Assembly (NCBI GenBank): GCA_002633005.1
Contig: NMRA01000405.1
Span: forward strand, 146,702-210,701
DNA: 64,000 bases
Reading direction: 5' to 3'
Origin: Phoronis australis
Taxonomy: Eukaryota; Animalia; Phoronida
The position numbers and the translations under genes were made by a program. Shown here one piece after another: positions 51,546-63,609 of this stretch (position 1 is its first letter; each line of letters starts with the position of its first letter). The notes under the pieces were generated by a model. The model ran no database searches. It saw nothing but the letters and a program-made list of their open reading frames with translations, and was not told where the DNA came from.

Positions 51546-54391
51546 TGTTTTTTCGAAAAGGGTTGTCAGGCAAACACGATAATTGACAAGAAAAAGCATA
51601 ATGACGAAGGCTATATGCTTGGGGGTATTTGGGGTGTGACCCTCAACAAATGTCTACTTAGATGAGTAAAAATAAGAAGTTGGGTAAGGATGGAAAATGC
51701 TGAGCAAAGATGCCATTCAAGTGAAGTGTGTGATTGCATTTTGACTATGTGTTTGTGATAAATTTGCTTTTCTCTTAAATTGCGGATTTTCTTATTATTA
51801 ATAAGTTTTGTTGTCAACTGCTTCGGTACTAAATCAAGATCGGATGAGCCTTTAAAAGTTGGCGTTAGCTTTAAGATATAACGTTGTTAGTTGCCACTGA
51901 GTTGTTGAAACGGCAGTTCTCTTTCAAAATATTTACTAGCTTCAGATCTTGAAAAATGCCAATGGTTTCCATATTTTGATAGGGCTTCATTACAAAACGT
52001 GAATCAACATAGTAGTTTTCAAGTGTTAGTTTTTTGCCGCCGTAATGGAATCCATCGTGGAAATTTATTGAAAGCCATGCCTAGAATACATCGTTCGTGA
52101 GCATTCTCGAGCTTTAAGTAGTCCTTTCTGACTAAAGTTTAAACGAGACATGACGACTGTTGGACCACGTCAGTGCTAAAGGAAGAATTAATCCGGGGTT
52201 CTCAAGTCCAAAATTCATGAAATACTCGGAAAAAATGCAGAAAATGAAGTCTTTTTGTAGAGTACAAAATTAATTAATTCAACAATAAAGTAAAGCTACT
52301 GATAATACATTTCCACGATTTAAATTAAGGCGAAAAAGGCCACACAGAACAAAACTTGAACGAACAAAATGTTTAAATACAACACGTCACGACGATAACT
52401 TATAATTTTATCATTATTTCTCTGGTATAATCGTATGAATGGGATGCTGATAGCAGTAAATGTCGGTGAAAATTTCTGATAACGCCGTAGACAATTTTTG
52501 TTTTCGCTGAAACATCTCAAAATGTCGTTGTTTGGAACCAATTGTTGTTTTTTTATAGTTTCTTCTACCTTTTCGCATAACTACTCCAATACAATATATT
52601 TCAAATTGTTAGGAAAAGCACACAGGGTAATCTTAGTCTAGTAAAGAGCACAGACTACTGCGTCCCTCGTACCTCCACGTGGCTGGCGCTTTTCATTTAC
52701 CCATCTTAAACAGGGTAATTTCGCCTAGTAAAAAGCACAGACTATTGATAAAACAGTATCACACTCAAACGTTTAGAATCTCTTCGAATTTTGCATCACC
52801 CCAACGATAAGCGATTATCGAAAAGGGCGGGAACTGAGAACTGAGACCCATGCGGGACTTCAGCCGGCCAGAAAAATTAGATTTCCCTGCTGACTAATCT
52901 CTCTATAATCCGCTGGGCAGAGAAAGCACCACACTTAAATTCAGTACCGATTTTCGACACACTGTATTGTGTATGAGGACGCATTATGTCGCAAACGCGA
53001 CCCAGTCGCAAAATTACTTTTTTTACTCTCGCGACATCTAGCGCCCAGATAGCGTTTTGATGACATGCGCGTTAATAGAATGACCCAAGTCTTCACAAGT
53101 GGAGGAGTATTTTATATAGGAAGTAAACACTTGCGGAGGTCGGCTTTGTTTTTGTTTTCAAATTACACTGCAGTTGTATTCTTTGATAATTTGTAAAGGT
53201 GTAAACAAAAATACTCCAAGTACATGGCCTTTGTGCTTATGATATACCTCGCATTTTGCCTAATATAACTTTTGACATAAGTAATTGGCTTGTAAAATGC
53301 ACACTTTGTCTATTGTACATTTTCAGAAAAAAATAGTTTTGCAATACAAATAATTACGTGCACACAACTAAGAGAATGGCAAGTCAATGGGTAACATGGT
53401 ATTAAATAGGTGTAGCTTATAAATGAATGCCCCTCTGACTGACATCTAAAATAAAGTTAAACTTGTTTTTATTGAACAACATACTTTTCCTTGTTCTGTG
53501 GATGATGCTAAAGAGGGCTTCAAGTTATGCATTCAGCAGTGATTGCTCAAAACAACCAACCACCTTCCAAATGAACAACCCATCCCCTCAAAACAGATGT
53601 ATTTTTATCCTAAAATATAATTACAAATAATTTACACCAAAACAACAGCAACACTGAGTACTGAGAATGGATGTTGATTGTTATCAAATACTGATGCAAA
53701 ATATGTTAAAAAACAACATCAGTTGTGTTGTTGTCAACACTTTCCAACATTTGAGCACTTTGGAAATAAACTGGCATCTAAACTGATGCAAAAAAATAAT
53801 AAAGACCAGAAGGTGACACAGAATACAACTTATCCATCTGAAAATAAAATAAGAACTGTAATCAATTGAAAATCAAGCTTTACAATGATTGGTGAAATAC
53901 CTGTAGATAAACAGTAATTATTAAACAACATGTTGCTAATGTTTAGTAGTAAACCCTGAATTCTTAACCCAAGTCCTTTAGAGTTTAAAACATCACCATG
54001 TTCATTATATAGTTCTTGAGTCATTTGAATCGGCAACTCTAGATGTGCTGCCATGGTGGAGTTTGAAGCCTGATAGATTGAAGCCAGAATTTTATGCATC
54101 TTTTAATCAAAACTATTAGCTGTTATGATTGAACTTTATAAAAGTACAAAACGGATACCTACAATAGTAAGTTAAAGGCTATGACCAGAAACGGAAGATG
54201 CATTTGAGCCGCATAATACTGGGCAACGCATATTTTACATAAAGTATATTAAAAGTGAATCAAACATTGGGAATCATTAACATATTCTGCATCAAGTAGT
54301 AGTTAATATTTGATAACAGTTGACCAACAGTTAGTTTCACATAATAAAGATGAATAAGTGTGCTTGGTTTTGAAGTAATTAATATCTAAAG

Positions 54392-55345
54392 TCATTCATT
54401 TGATTGTATACTGGAGTACCAAGCTAGACAAAACCATTCCACCTCAGATGGAGGTGGATTGTCCTCAATAACATTTTCACATTTGAAATGAAACCAGTCG
54501 TATCATCTGTCACATTGAATGGATGGTTGAATTCCCTCATCTGGGTCCTTACATTCTAAGTTACATACGGAACACAAGAAATGTTTCAAACTTGTTTTTG
54601 GCCTATGCTTTGACGGTTTAGAGGAAAGCTTATGCTTTGCAATTTTTGCCAAACCAGGTTACTTGGAATTCTACAAGTCTTGTAGTTTTTTAATTGGAAA
54701 GTAAGGCATAGGAGACAAACAAGCATCTTTATCCTCAAATGTAGATTTGATAGAATGCTTTTTGAGGTGGTTGCAGAATTCTTGGAGATTTTTGAAAATA
54801 CAATTCACTCCTTCTTTATAACACCCTCATTAGTAAAACAGTGTAAGTCAGAAAGCACGTTTGGCACTGAATCATTACAGAAAGTTTTTTTTACAATTTT
54901 GACTCTCATTTTGTGGATGGGTGTTTGAGATGGGAAGACGAGTAATCTGGAATATGAGGCACAGTACTCATACAATTTGTTTTAGTCCGTTTCCTGATTT
55001 CTGAATGATAACACAACATACAGGTGTTAAATAAGTATGGTTTCCCTATAACAATAAATGACAGACAAGTGCAAAAGTGCACAAATAATATTTACAAATA
55101 TTGTGACCAGCAAGCAGAACGTGATACTCTTCAGGGATGTAAAATTTGGTCTTTTCTCTGTTAATTTGAAGCAACATTCCCACCAGGTCCTTCTTGGTTC
55201 TATTAACTGGAGCTTCTGCATTATATCCATGTTTGGAAATGCTAGTTTGTAACACAGGACTGAAAGTAGAAAGCGTGAGTGAATTATTCTTAAAAGACAA
55301 TGGATGGAAATTCACCATCTGTCCACATGTAACATTTGCCATCCT
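54392..55345 (-). pseudogene. Disrupted gene ending in a PHD finger, inside the TIR element
   Basis: Minus strand reads FLCSVCNLECKDPDEG, frameshift, then PSIQCDR*YDWFHFKCENVIEDNPPPSEVEWFCLAW (54580-54418). This is a C4HC3 PHD pattern with one frameshift, one stop and a Cys->Trp change. Upstream exon-like coding blocks extend to ~55345. Confidence 0.7.
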
Positions 55346-56232
55346 TTTCTAAAAGTTTCACTCACACTCGCCTTCAAGAACCAATGTAAAACACAGTTCA
55401 CGAATCTAACAGTTTGGCATCGACAAGGGTTAACAGCACAGTTGATATGCTGACATGATTGGTGCATCTCACGTGTTATTACCAAGCAGGCCCTTTGTAA
55501 AATACAGTCAACTATCACTTGTGTTTATGTTAACTAGTTATATCTTAAACCCAAGCTCAAATAAATTTTACAAATGATAGTCACTCTTACCAAAAATACA
55601 GTACAACCTGTGTGTGGACTGTAAAATACTGTGGCCAATTAAGTCATGTACAGTTATCACTGTTCCTTACAAGATCAAAGGGCAGGCAATAAGTGGCCTA
55701 AATCACAATTTAGTTTTTTCAACAAACCCCGGACTTGGTAAGTGTAGGTATAGGTAAAGCATATCAGGGTGTGGGTAGATACAACAAAAGAGACATTAGC
55801 ACAAGTGCTACTTATAGATAGAAAATACATGTTTATGAATTATTTACAGAGAAGTACACATAGAAGATACACATGCAAAAAACATACATTACTATGTATA
55901 CAAGCCTTAGTCAAACACCTAATGGTTGAGTTGTAAATTTACTTCCAGTGAATTCTATGAGTCTCCGTTAGCCACTCGCTGATGGGAAATAGCCCATTGG
56001 CTGAATGGTAAATACACTTGCCAGTTTTATCAGGGTATTTATCAGGGTTGCGGTTCGATACCCTGAGGTTGGATAACTACAATTGCCAACGCGATGCAAA
56101 AGACATGACACAACATCGAAACGGTTCTGGCACATTGTAACATATGCAGGCAATTTGTTCCAGAGAAACACTTCAATTGAGACGTAATAATTTTATGGAC
56201 TCGCCCTCATTCTCACTTGATGATTTATTGCA

Positions 56233-56472
56233 GGTCAAGCGTCTGCAAGTCTACAACCAAATTTATGAGTTGCTGGAACACTTAAAATAATTATGAAAAT
56301 TAAGCTCAAATTAATACCTAACGAACGGTTACTAAGTCTAAGCCAGGTTACAAAACAATTGTCAAGCGTCTGAAAGTCTACAACCAAATTTATGAGTTAC
56401 TGGAACACTTAATATGAAAATTAGACCTAATACACAACGAACGGTTACTACTAACTAAGCCAGGTTACAAAC
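56233..56472. repeat. ~125-bp tandem duplication
   Basis: GTCAAGCGTCTG.AAGTCTACAACCAAATTTATGAG...AAGCCAGGTTACAAA occurs twice. Confidence 0.85.
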
Positions 56473-56697
56473 TTAAACAAAGCAATCTGCTCTAGACCTT
56501 TAAACACGGAGCTGCAAACTAATGATAAATGACAAAATGAAATTATGCACTACTATGTAATTAAGCCTTTACAACGTTAAGAATTAGAAGGAATCACTAA
56601 TTTTGTAATAGAAGACGAAAGGCAGGTAAATGTCGCTTGTATACTCGCTTTCAATCGCAGTCTGTTTCTGCACCAGCAAATGCCAGAATCAGAAGGG

Positions 56698-56728
56698 AGC
56701 GGGACAATGTCAACGAGCCAATCCAGGT
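56698..56728 (+). promoter_or_regulatory. Promoter-like motif (GCGGGA + CCAAT box), exact inverted copy at 63359-63389
   Basis: AGCGGGACAATGTCAACGAGCCAATCCAGGT followed by GGAAGTGACGT (ETS/CRE-like) and CGCGCATGCG (NRF1-like) in a CpG-rich patch. Confidence 0.55.
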
Positions 56729-57061
56729 GGAAGTGACGTATGTCACGCGCATGCGTTCTGTCAAGAGGGATTCCCTTTCTTTACTTCCTCTCGAAGTGTT
56801 ATTGTTATAATGTTTTAGCAGAGAATTTCTCGAATTCAAGGACTGTGACAGCGGCATTGGACGAATTTCGACATGGTACGTGTGCTTAATTTATTATATA
56901 TTTTATGCTAAGTATGATCTTAAGAGAAACCACTGCTCTTTTGACGGAGACACTTCGCGAAGGGCGCGTTTTTAAATTGTTGAACTCTGCGGTTCTGTGT
57001 TATTCCTTAGCCTCTTACTCTTAGTGATTAAGAGTCTTAGTCTTAGAGACTTAGGCCTACT

Positions 57062-57573
57062 GAAATGTCACCCAGCGGAGTCAGGTAGGACCTAGCATTG
57101 TATTTTGTGATGATACCTGGATCAGCTAGTTGACGTTTACAAAATATCAACCAGCGGAGTCAGGTAGGACCTAGCATTTGTATTTTTGTGATGATACCAG
57201 GATCAGCTAGTTGACATTTGCAAAATGTCAACCAGCGGAGTCAGGTAGGACCTAGCACCTGTATTTTGTGATGATTCCTGGATCAGCTAGTTGAAATTTG
57301 TAAAATGTCAACCAGCGGAGTCAGGTAGGACCTAGCACTTGTATTTTGTGATGATACCCGGATCAGCTAGTTGACATTTGCAAAATGTCAACCAGCGCAG
57401 TCAGGTAAGACTTAGCATTTGTATTTTTGTGATGATACCTGGATCAGCTAGTTGACGTTTACAAAATATCAACCAGCGGAGTCAGGTAGGACCTAGCATT
57501 TGTATTTTTGTGATGATACCAGGATCAGCTAGTTGACATTTGCAAAATGTCTGCCACCAGCGGAGTCAGGTAG
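57062..57573. repeat. ~80-bp tandem repeat x~6.3
   Basis: CCAGCGGAGTCAGGTAGGACCTAGCA...GGATCAGCTAGTTGAC recurs at ~57072, 57151, 57232, 57312, 57392, 57473 and 57557. Confidence 0.95.
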
Positions 57574-57662
57574 AACTAGTTGCCTGGTAATTCAGAAGTG
57601 TTTTTTCAAAAATTTCAGGTCATTTGCATGGAGTTTTTTGATGGCGTTGCGCTACCCGATAG

Positions 57663-59981
57663 ATGACACAAGCTCGAATGAAAGATGAAGTGAACAATAC
57701 AGGTAACTATATGAAAATGTTGAATTGCCATGTGTAAGTTATTCACAGGTGCACAATTAACTGGTGACATATAACTAACTGTGCAATTTTAGGGCAATTC
57801 CTAAGTTAAAAAAACAATTAAGTTTCATTGTCATTCTAGTGATCATTTTTAAATATTACACATTTCATCTTTAGGATGGCCATATTTACTCACTATTTAT
57901 GATATTGTTTCATATCTTTCAAGATATTCAATTTGTTTAAAAGTTAACATCATAAAGAGTGTAAATTCCCAGCATAGACGTCTCTGTGATGATGATCTTG
58001 TGCAAAAGGCCAAATCGATGTATTTTGATTAAAAAACAATAGATGTTGCATTGCTCTAATTTAATTTTGAGTCAATTGCAAAGTACCAATTGCAGCTTAA
58101 TTATTCTGAATTGATATCTTCGCCATAAGAAACAGTTTAATCTTAGAAATTCAGAGCGTATGTCCATGACTCACTCAACATCTAATTGGCTAACAAAAAT
58201 ATTTTAGAAGTTATGATCAATGTACAATTCACCAATAATTAATGTTGATGTATTCATTGAAAGTGTAAGTGAGACCGAACAATTGATGTCTTACGAATTA
58301 TTTTCCTAGGAAAAAAATATTTTTCACAAAGTTGATCAAAATATTCTCTGATAATAAACCCACTGTACTCCATCAAAATGGAATTGATTGAGTCACAGCT
58401 ACTAGTATGTGACTTGCATTCAATTTGTTCCTTTTGTATGCAACGCTTTCTTTACTCCATGTTACTTCTTGCAGTCTTCTTGTCTCAATGTACCCACTTG
58501 TAGCTCAGTGGAAACCGATTCTGCATTGTGGAACATAACACACATGGACGGCGCACCATAGGGTCTGGGGGGGCTATAGCCCCCACTTTTTTCAGTGATC
58601 CATGGTCTGTGGACGGTGTACCACAGGGGGATGGGGGGCTGCGCCGCCCATGACACATATGACAGTTTGTCTTTGATTCTGCAACCATTGACTATCGTGA
58701 TCTTAGCTGGTTGTCTTTTATATTTTGAAACTTTAAGGTTTTGTTTTGTGATATTATTTTAAGGATGAGTCCTCATGCAGCGGACAAGCTTACTTAATAA
58801 TAACATTATTTTGCTTTCTCATCAGATCACTGTGAAGCCTCAGCAAAGTTTATTCATGAAGACCATGGGCATTTTCAGTGTTGTTGCCTTACTCGAAGGG
58901 AAGTAAGCAGTAAGAATTTCGTCCTGATGTGCCACCACTCCGTTAATGTAGGACGATACCCAGCCGTACCAAGCCTCTTCCCTGTGAAAGTCACAAAGAT
59001 CTCTGCACTCACATAGAGAAAGTTAACAAGTTCGTAGTTCAAGGGGCTTTGCAACCCATGTTTGGTGTTACAAATGAATTTTTTGTTCATCGAATTTTTG
59101 CTGTGAAATTAGTCTTTCACTCACCTTACCGGAGCTTTAGAAAGGATATCACAGTAAACGAGAGTGGTCTTTGAAATTGTAGTAAGACTTGTTGCACATA
59201 CGAATGTTAAATATGAGCTCTCTAACAAACATGTATATTCGCTGGCTGTAACAAGTGACATGCTTGAAAAAAGAACAGAAAAAGTAAAATTGGGACCACC
59301 CCCACCAACGCCTAGTTAGTTTTTTTGGTCATTTTTAAGAGTCCAAATTAGGAAATGCGAGTGCAAATTTTCAAATATAAGTCAGATTTTAAAGGGAACT
59401 GTTTCTCCTGTATGGTGCGCTAGGTTGTCATTTCATCTGAAAAGCAACATATAGGGTTTCTAGTAATAACAAAATTTCATATCTCCCAAGCTTAGTAGTT
59501 TTAACTACTAAGAATTAAAATTCTGACATTGTGAGGAAGAAGCAGCAAGTGGTTTAATTTTCAGTTTGTAACTTTGAACCTAATGGGGTTTTATGCAATG
59601 CCTAAGATTGGCGGTGAAATCTATATATTGTATACGGAGAGCAGCAGTGTGTTGTGAAAAAGCTGTTTAACGGAAAATGTTGAATGCGATAGGCATTAAA
59701 TTGAGGCTCTTACAAAACATTTACCAGTTCAGTAATGTCATTACTACTGTGTAAAGTAAGTAAGTACCTGAAACACATTTACACAGTTTTAATTGCTGGA
59801 GTTTCTATTTCAGATGCATCAACCACAAAACATCTTGGATTCCATTCTTCATTGTGCTGTCTCAGGACCAATAGAGTCTTCTGCAAGGATGCCATGTTTT
59901 CATTTTCGAGTACCAGCCATCACTTCATATCCAGCATTTGTCGTGACACATACTAGAACAGAGGATGCGCATACAAAGTAG
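57663..59981 (+). CDS. Candidate spliced 94-aa ORF or lncRNA inside the TIR element
   Basis: Exons 57619-57702, 58826-58902 and 59814-59981 have good AG/GT sites and join in frame from ATG 57663. A 5' exon ends at 56875 (GTACGT donor) after a promoter-like region. No family recognised. Confidence 0.35.
58543..58652. mobile_element. hAT-like MITE, family A copy 2 (nested in the 10.5-kb element)
   Basis: CATGGACGGCGCA...TGCGCCGCCCATG; shared interior GGGGCTATAGCCCCCACTTTTTTCAGTG; 5-bp TSD ACACA. Confidence 0.8.
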
Positions 59982-61649
59982 TCTGGTGTCTATAATAGAA
60001 TTATTGAAATGTAGTAGGGTATATAATTCGTAAGTCTTGTTTATTGATGACGTTTGCCATATAGTGTGCTTAAAGGTTATGTAGTACTTTATTGACAAGT
60101 CTGCACATTAAGTCAAATATTTACAAAACTGTAGAATTTTACTTCGTGTTGTATAATGTTCAAGGTGAATCTCAAAAATGCTGTTACAGTTTGCTAAATT
60201 ACCGTCTCATTTTTGTTTTATGCAATGTAAAAAATTCATGAAATTTATGCAATTCCTGCTTTCTGGTAGGCCCTCACGCAAATGTGGAACATTTTAAAAA
60301 AACATTTCTAACGGCATGTTGGGGATTAGTTTATAAAGTACATTCTGTGAAAGTTTCACGTGAATCCAATCTTGTAAGATGTCCCAAGGATGGACAAAAT
60401 TGCACATTTTGATAGGTTCCTACATAACCAAAATGCTTTATGATTATTAAGTATAGAGCATCATTAACATTACCTCTGACAATTATGTCTTGCAGTGCTT
60501 GATTTAGTGAACTACAGATTGTGTTTGGTCACCTCGGAAAAATCCCAAGTCGCCATGAAGTCACCACTGCGAGTATCAAAGTCAGACAATTCCCTCGAAA
60601 TTTGTTTCAAAGTTTGTGTTGACTCCTAAATTTTATGTTACTAGCAGTTTTCTTAGATTTGATACCTTTGTTTACAATTGTTCTGTTTATTTCATGAAAT
60701 TGGTGCATTTGCCACCACCGACAGCAGTTAGCACCTGTCAAACTGCATTAAAATTACATCAGGAAGTACACAGGTGGAAGTTGGCGATAATCATGCAAGA
60801 TGAGTTAAACTAGCGCCTACAGTGTAAGTTCCCAAGAACGGAGTATAGCATAACCTTTTTAGCCAACTATTCTGTTGACAAACATCAATTTTGGACGACG
60901 TCAGATTTTATTTGGCGACCTGGTATTTTCAGCAAGTAGCCAAATGCGACTTGGCTGACTTCAAGCTAAGTGTTGAGCATCGTTTTACAATGCCGGCAAT
61001 ATCCCAAGATTGGTTAAGTGTGATCATTTTTGCAAACCTAATAAATTCATGGTTCTTTAGTGAGAATATTTTGAAAGTGATGAGCAGCAGGGGACGCTCC
61101 TGCAATTGAAATCATTACCTTGTCCATGACATGAGCTGAATGTTATTCTGATCAACAAATATATATTTTTCAACTCATACTTGCTCCTAGTTAGTCGTTG
61201 TGAAGTGTCTCTGACATCTTTTCCCAGTGATATAATATGTATTGTGGTCGAAACGGTAGTTGGATAAAAGATGACTGGAAAATGTAGCTAGTGAATTTGT
61301 TTTACCATTAGCATAGCTAGGTGTGATATTAAGATAAAATCAGAAACTTCAGACTAAAGCAAACCACATTATTTTGTTCTGGCTGAAGTAATCGCTTAAA
61401 AGCACACAATGCATATTCTTAAAAAACATTCATTTTGGTTTGTGTTTTTAGAGTATGTCTCAGTACTGAGTGCTATGAACTTTCACAATTTTGACACGTG
61501 CTTAAACTGCCCTGTGGCTGAATGAAATTCAGTGTTGGGTCATTGAGGCTAACTTCATTTAATGTACTTAGAAATGTGTTTTGATTTGACTTGACATTAC
61601 CTAATTAACACTCTATAGGACTTTAATTATACTTGGTTGCTATGCTCAT

Positions 61650-63340
61650 CTTGTATCCTGGAAAAGCAACAACTTCTTGCATGCATATTGATTCTTCACA
61701 TCTTCGTTTTTTTCCATCCAGTGACTTGCTTGGTCTGTACATTTTGTCTGGATGCGTGTTCAGTCTGTAATACCTGAAGAATTAGCTCTAGATTTAGTGA
61801 TGAGGAAACAAGTAAGAATATCAAACTAATCATGATGCTGTTTTACACTTGAATCTCGCTTTAACAACATGATTGTACTTCAGCGTCATCACCTACTTCA
61901 CTTAAAATGTATGACAAAGTGTCACAAAGACTTCTATGATCTTGATTTGTTGTGTATACTGAACGTTACTCAGATGTCTTAGGATTCAATACCTTTTTTG
62001 CTTTTGCCTGTTTGAGACTTGATGATACTCCATTAGGCTTATCTTAGAACTGTTTTCCATTGCCCATCATCTTCAGTTCTGACTGTAAAGTTACTGTGGT
62101 TGTCTGAAAGAGAGGAATATACATATTATTAACAGTTTAGTTTTTTCACAGAAATGGTAAATTTGCTGTTTTGCATTGTATTAGGTTATGATTAACTGTC
62201 AGGCAAAGTAGGAAAATATATCCTACAGCATACAAAATTGATCCATGTGTGTAACCTTTTTGGGTTCTGACAGCCAGGGTAGTTTAACTTGGAAATAGGG
62301 ATATCTTTAATTAACAGTCTTGGACTGGGGCACTTGTGCAAACCTGTATGGCTGCCATCATGGGGCCACTAGCAACACAAATCAGCACAAAACTATCGGT
62401 ACTTTATCAGCCCAAAAATACACCAGCAATGTAAGAAACCCCAATATAACAAAATAGCGTTCACAGTTTTGGTACCAACAAAACAAAATAAAAGTACACC
62501 AAAATTAATAGAACACACAGTTGGACATTATAATCTGTATCTGATCTGGAGAGAAAGTGAAAACTGACTTTGAGTACTGAGCTAAGTGGATAGTGTTATT
62601 AACTACAAATGTCTAGTTATGATGAAATCTTTGATAGAGTTTTAACACTACCAAAGAATAATTGCATGTATTCCAACTCACCTTCGGGCACCTTCACCGG
62701 GTTCATATAGGCCAAATTTCTAATTGCTCTTTGACAGCCGTGTAGTTGACTGACATCTCCACTTCAAAATCTTTTACTGGGTTTGATGCTGCCTCGTAAT
62801 TTTCTACAAAGCCATGGATATTACCCCCAGTGTTTTTTGAAATACTTCACCCACTCTTTTTCTGTGGAGACACTGACAAATGCTCATATTTTCTTTGCTT
62901 GCCTGTGTGGTATGTGGGGCCCCACTTTTCCAGACACTCAAAAAATCTGACAATGTTTATAAAAATATTCAGATCTTCAATTTTTTTCTGAGTGGATGTA
63001 AATTGAGCTCGACCTAAATGAAAATATGGTTTTATTCAAAATAGTTTCAAAATTCCTTTTTAATATTAAGTGTGGGTCCGTGTGTGTGAGTAAACTCTTT
63101 GTGTGAGTAGATAAATTGTATACATGTGAAATTATTTATTTCGAGTCTGTGACAATTTCATAATAAACATTAAAAAATTCTTTTACTGCAGTTTCATCTC
63201 CACAATCCATTGCACAAATAAGTCTTAACGTCCAGCTGATCAAATTTTGGTAGCCGCGCGCTTTTGTCTTTCGTATCTTCTTTGTAGAAGAGTGTCTGGG
63301 AATCCCTGCACTCCAAAAATAGAATCATGATTTTCGACAA
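61650..63340 (-). pseudogene. Decayed multi-exon gene at the right end of the TIR element (possible transposase)
   Basis: Exon-like blocks with AG acceptors at ~63011-62682, ~62103-61993 (both ending in GT donors) and ~61773-61650. The protein-like frame (EKEWVKYFKKHWG*YPWLCRKLRG...HGCQRAIRNLAYMNPVKVPE) is interrupted mostly by TGA/TAA. It lies downstream of a CCAAT promoter-like motif. Confidence 0.4.
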
Positions 63341-63609
63341 CAGATGTCCTTGCTGCATACCTGGATTGGCTCGTTGACATTGTCCCGCTTCCGAATCAGA
63401 AAGAGGTCAAAGAGCTACATCCGGTAATACGCTATCTGGGCGCTAGATGTCGCGAGAGTAAAAAAGGTAATTTTGCGACTGGGTCGCGTTTGCATCGGCG
63501 ACAGTATTACAAGAGCAGCAACGACGGTCGTCCCAGCAACACGTGAACCTATCCATGCTACAGAGTCCGTAGCCAGCCAGCTAGCTGTATCAACAGACTG
63601 TCGTATATT

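Larger units (their letters stand above)
52991..63493. mobile_element. 10.5-kb unclassified TIR DNA element with decayed cargo genes
   Basis: 65-bp terminal inverted repeats at 52991-53055 and 63429-63493 (GCAAACGCGACCCAGTCGCAAAATTAC...GCGCCCAGATAGCGT), 64/65 identical. No TSD recognised. Confidence 0.75.

Noticed and set aside
57062-57573. CRISPR-like appearance of regularly spaced repeats (also 6268-6432 and 22365-22560)
   Set aside because: No unique spacers, eukaryotic context and no cas genes; ordinary tandem repeats.
61700-61773. HPDK (J-domain-like) motif in one minus-strand frame
   Set aside because: The frame is ambiguous and the surrounding J-domain helices are not evident.
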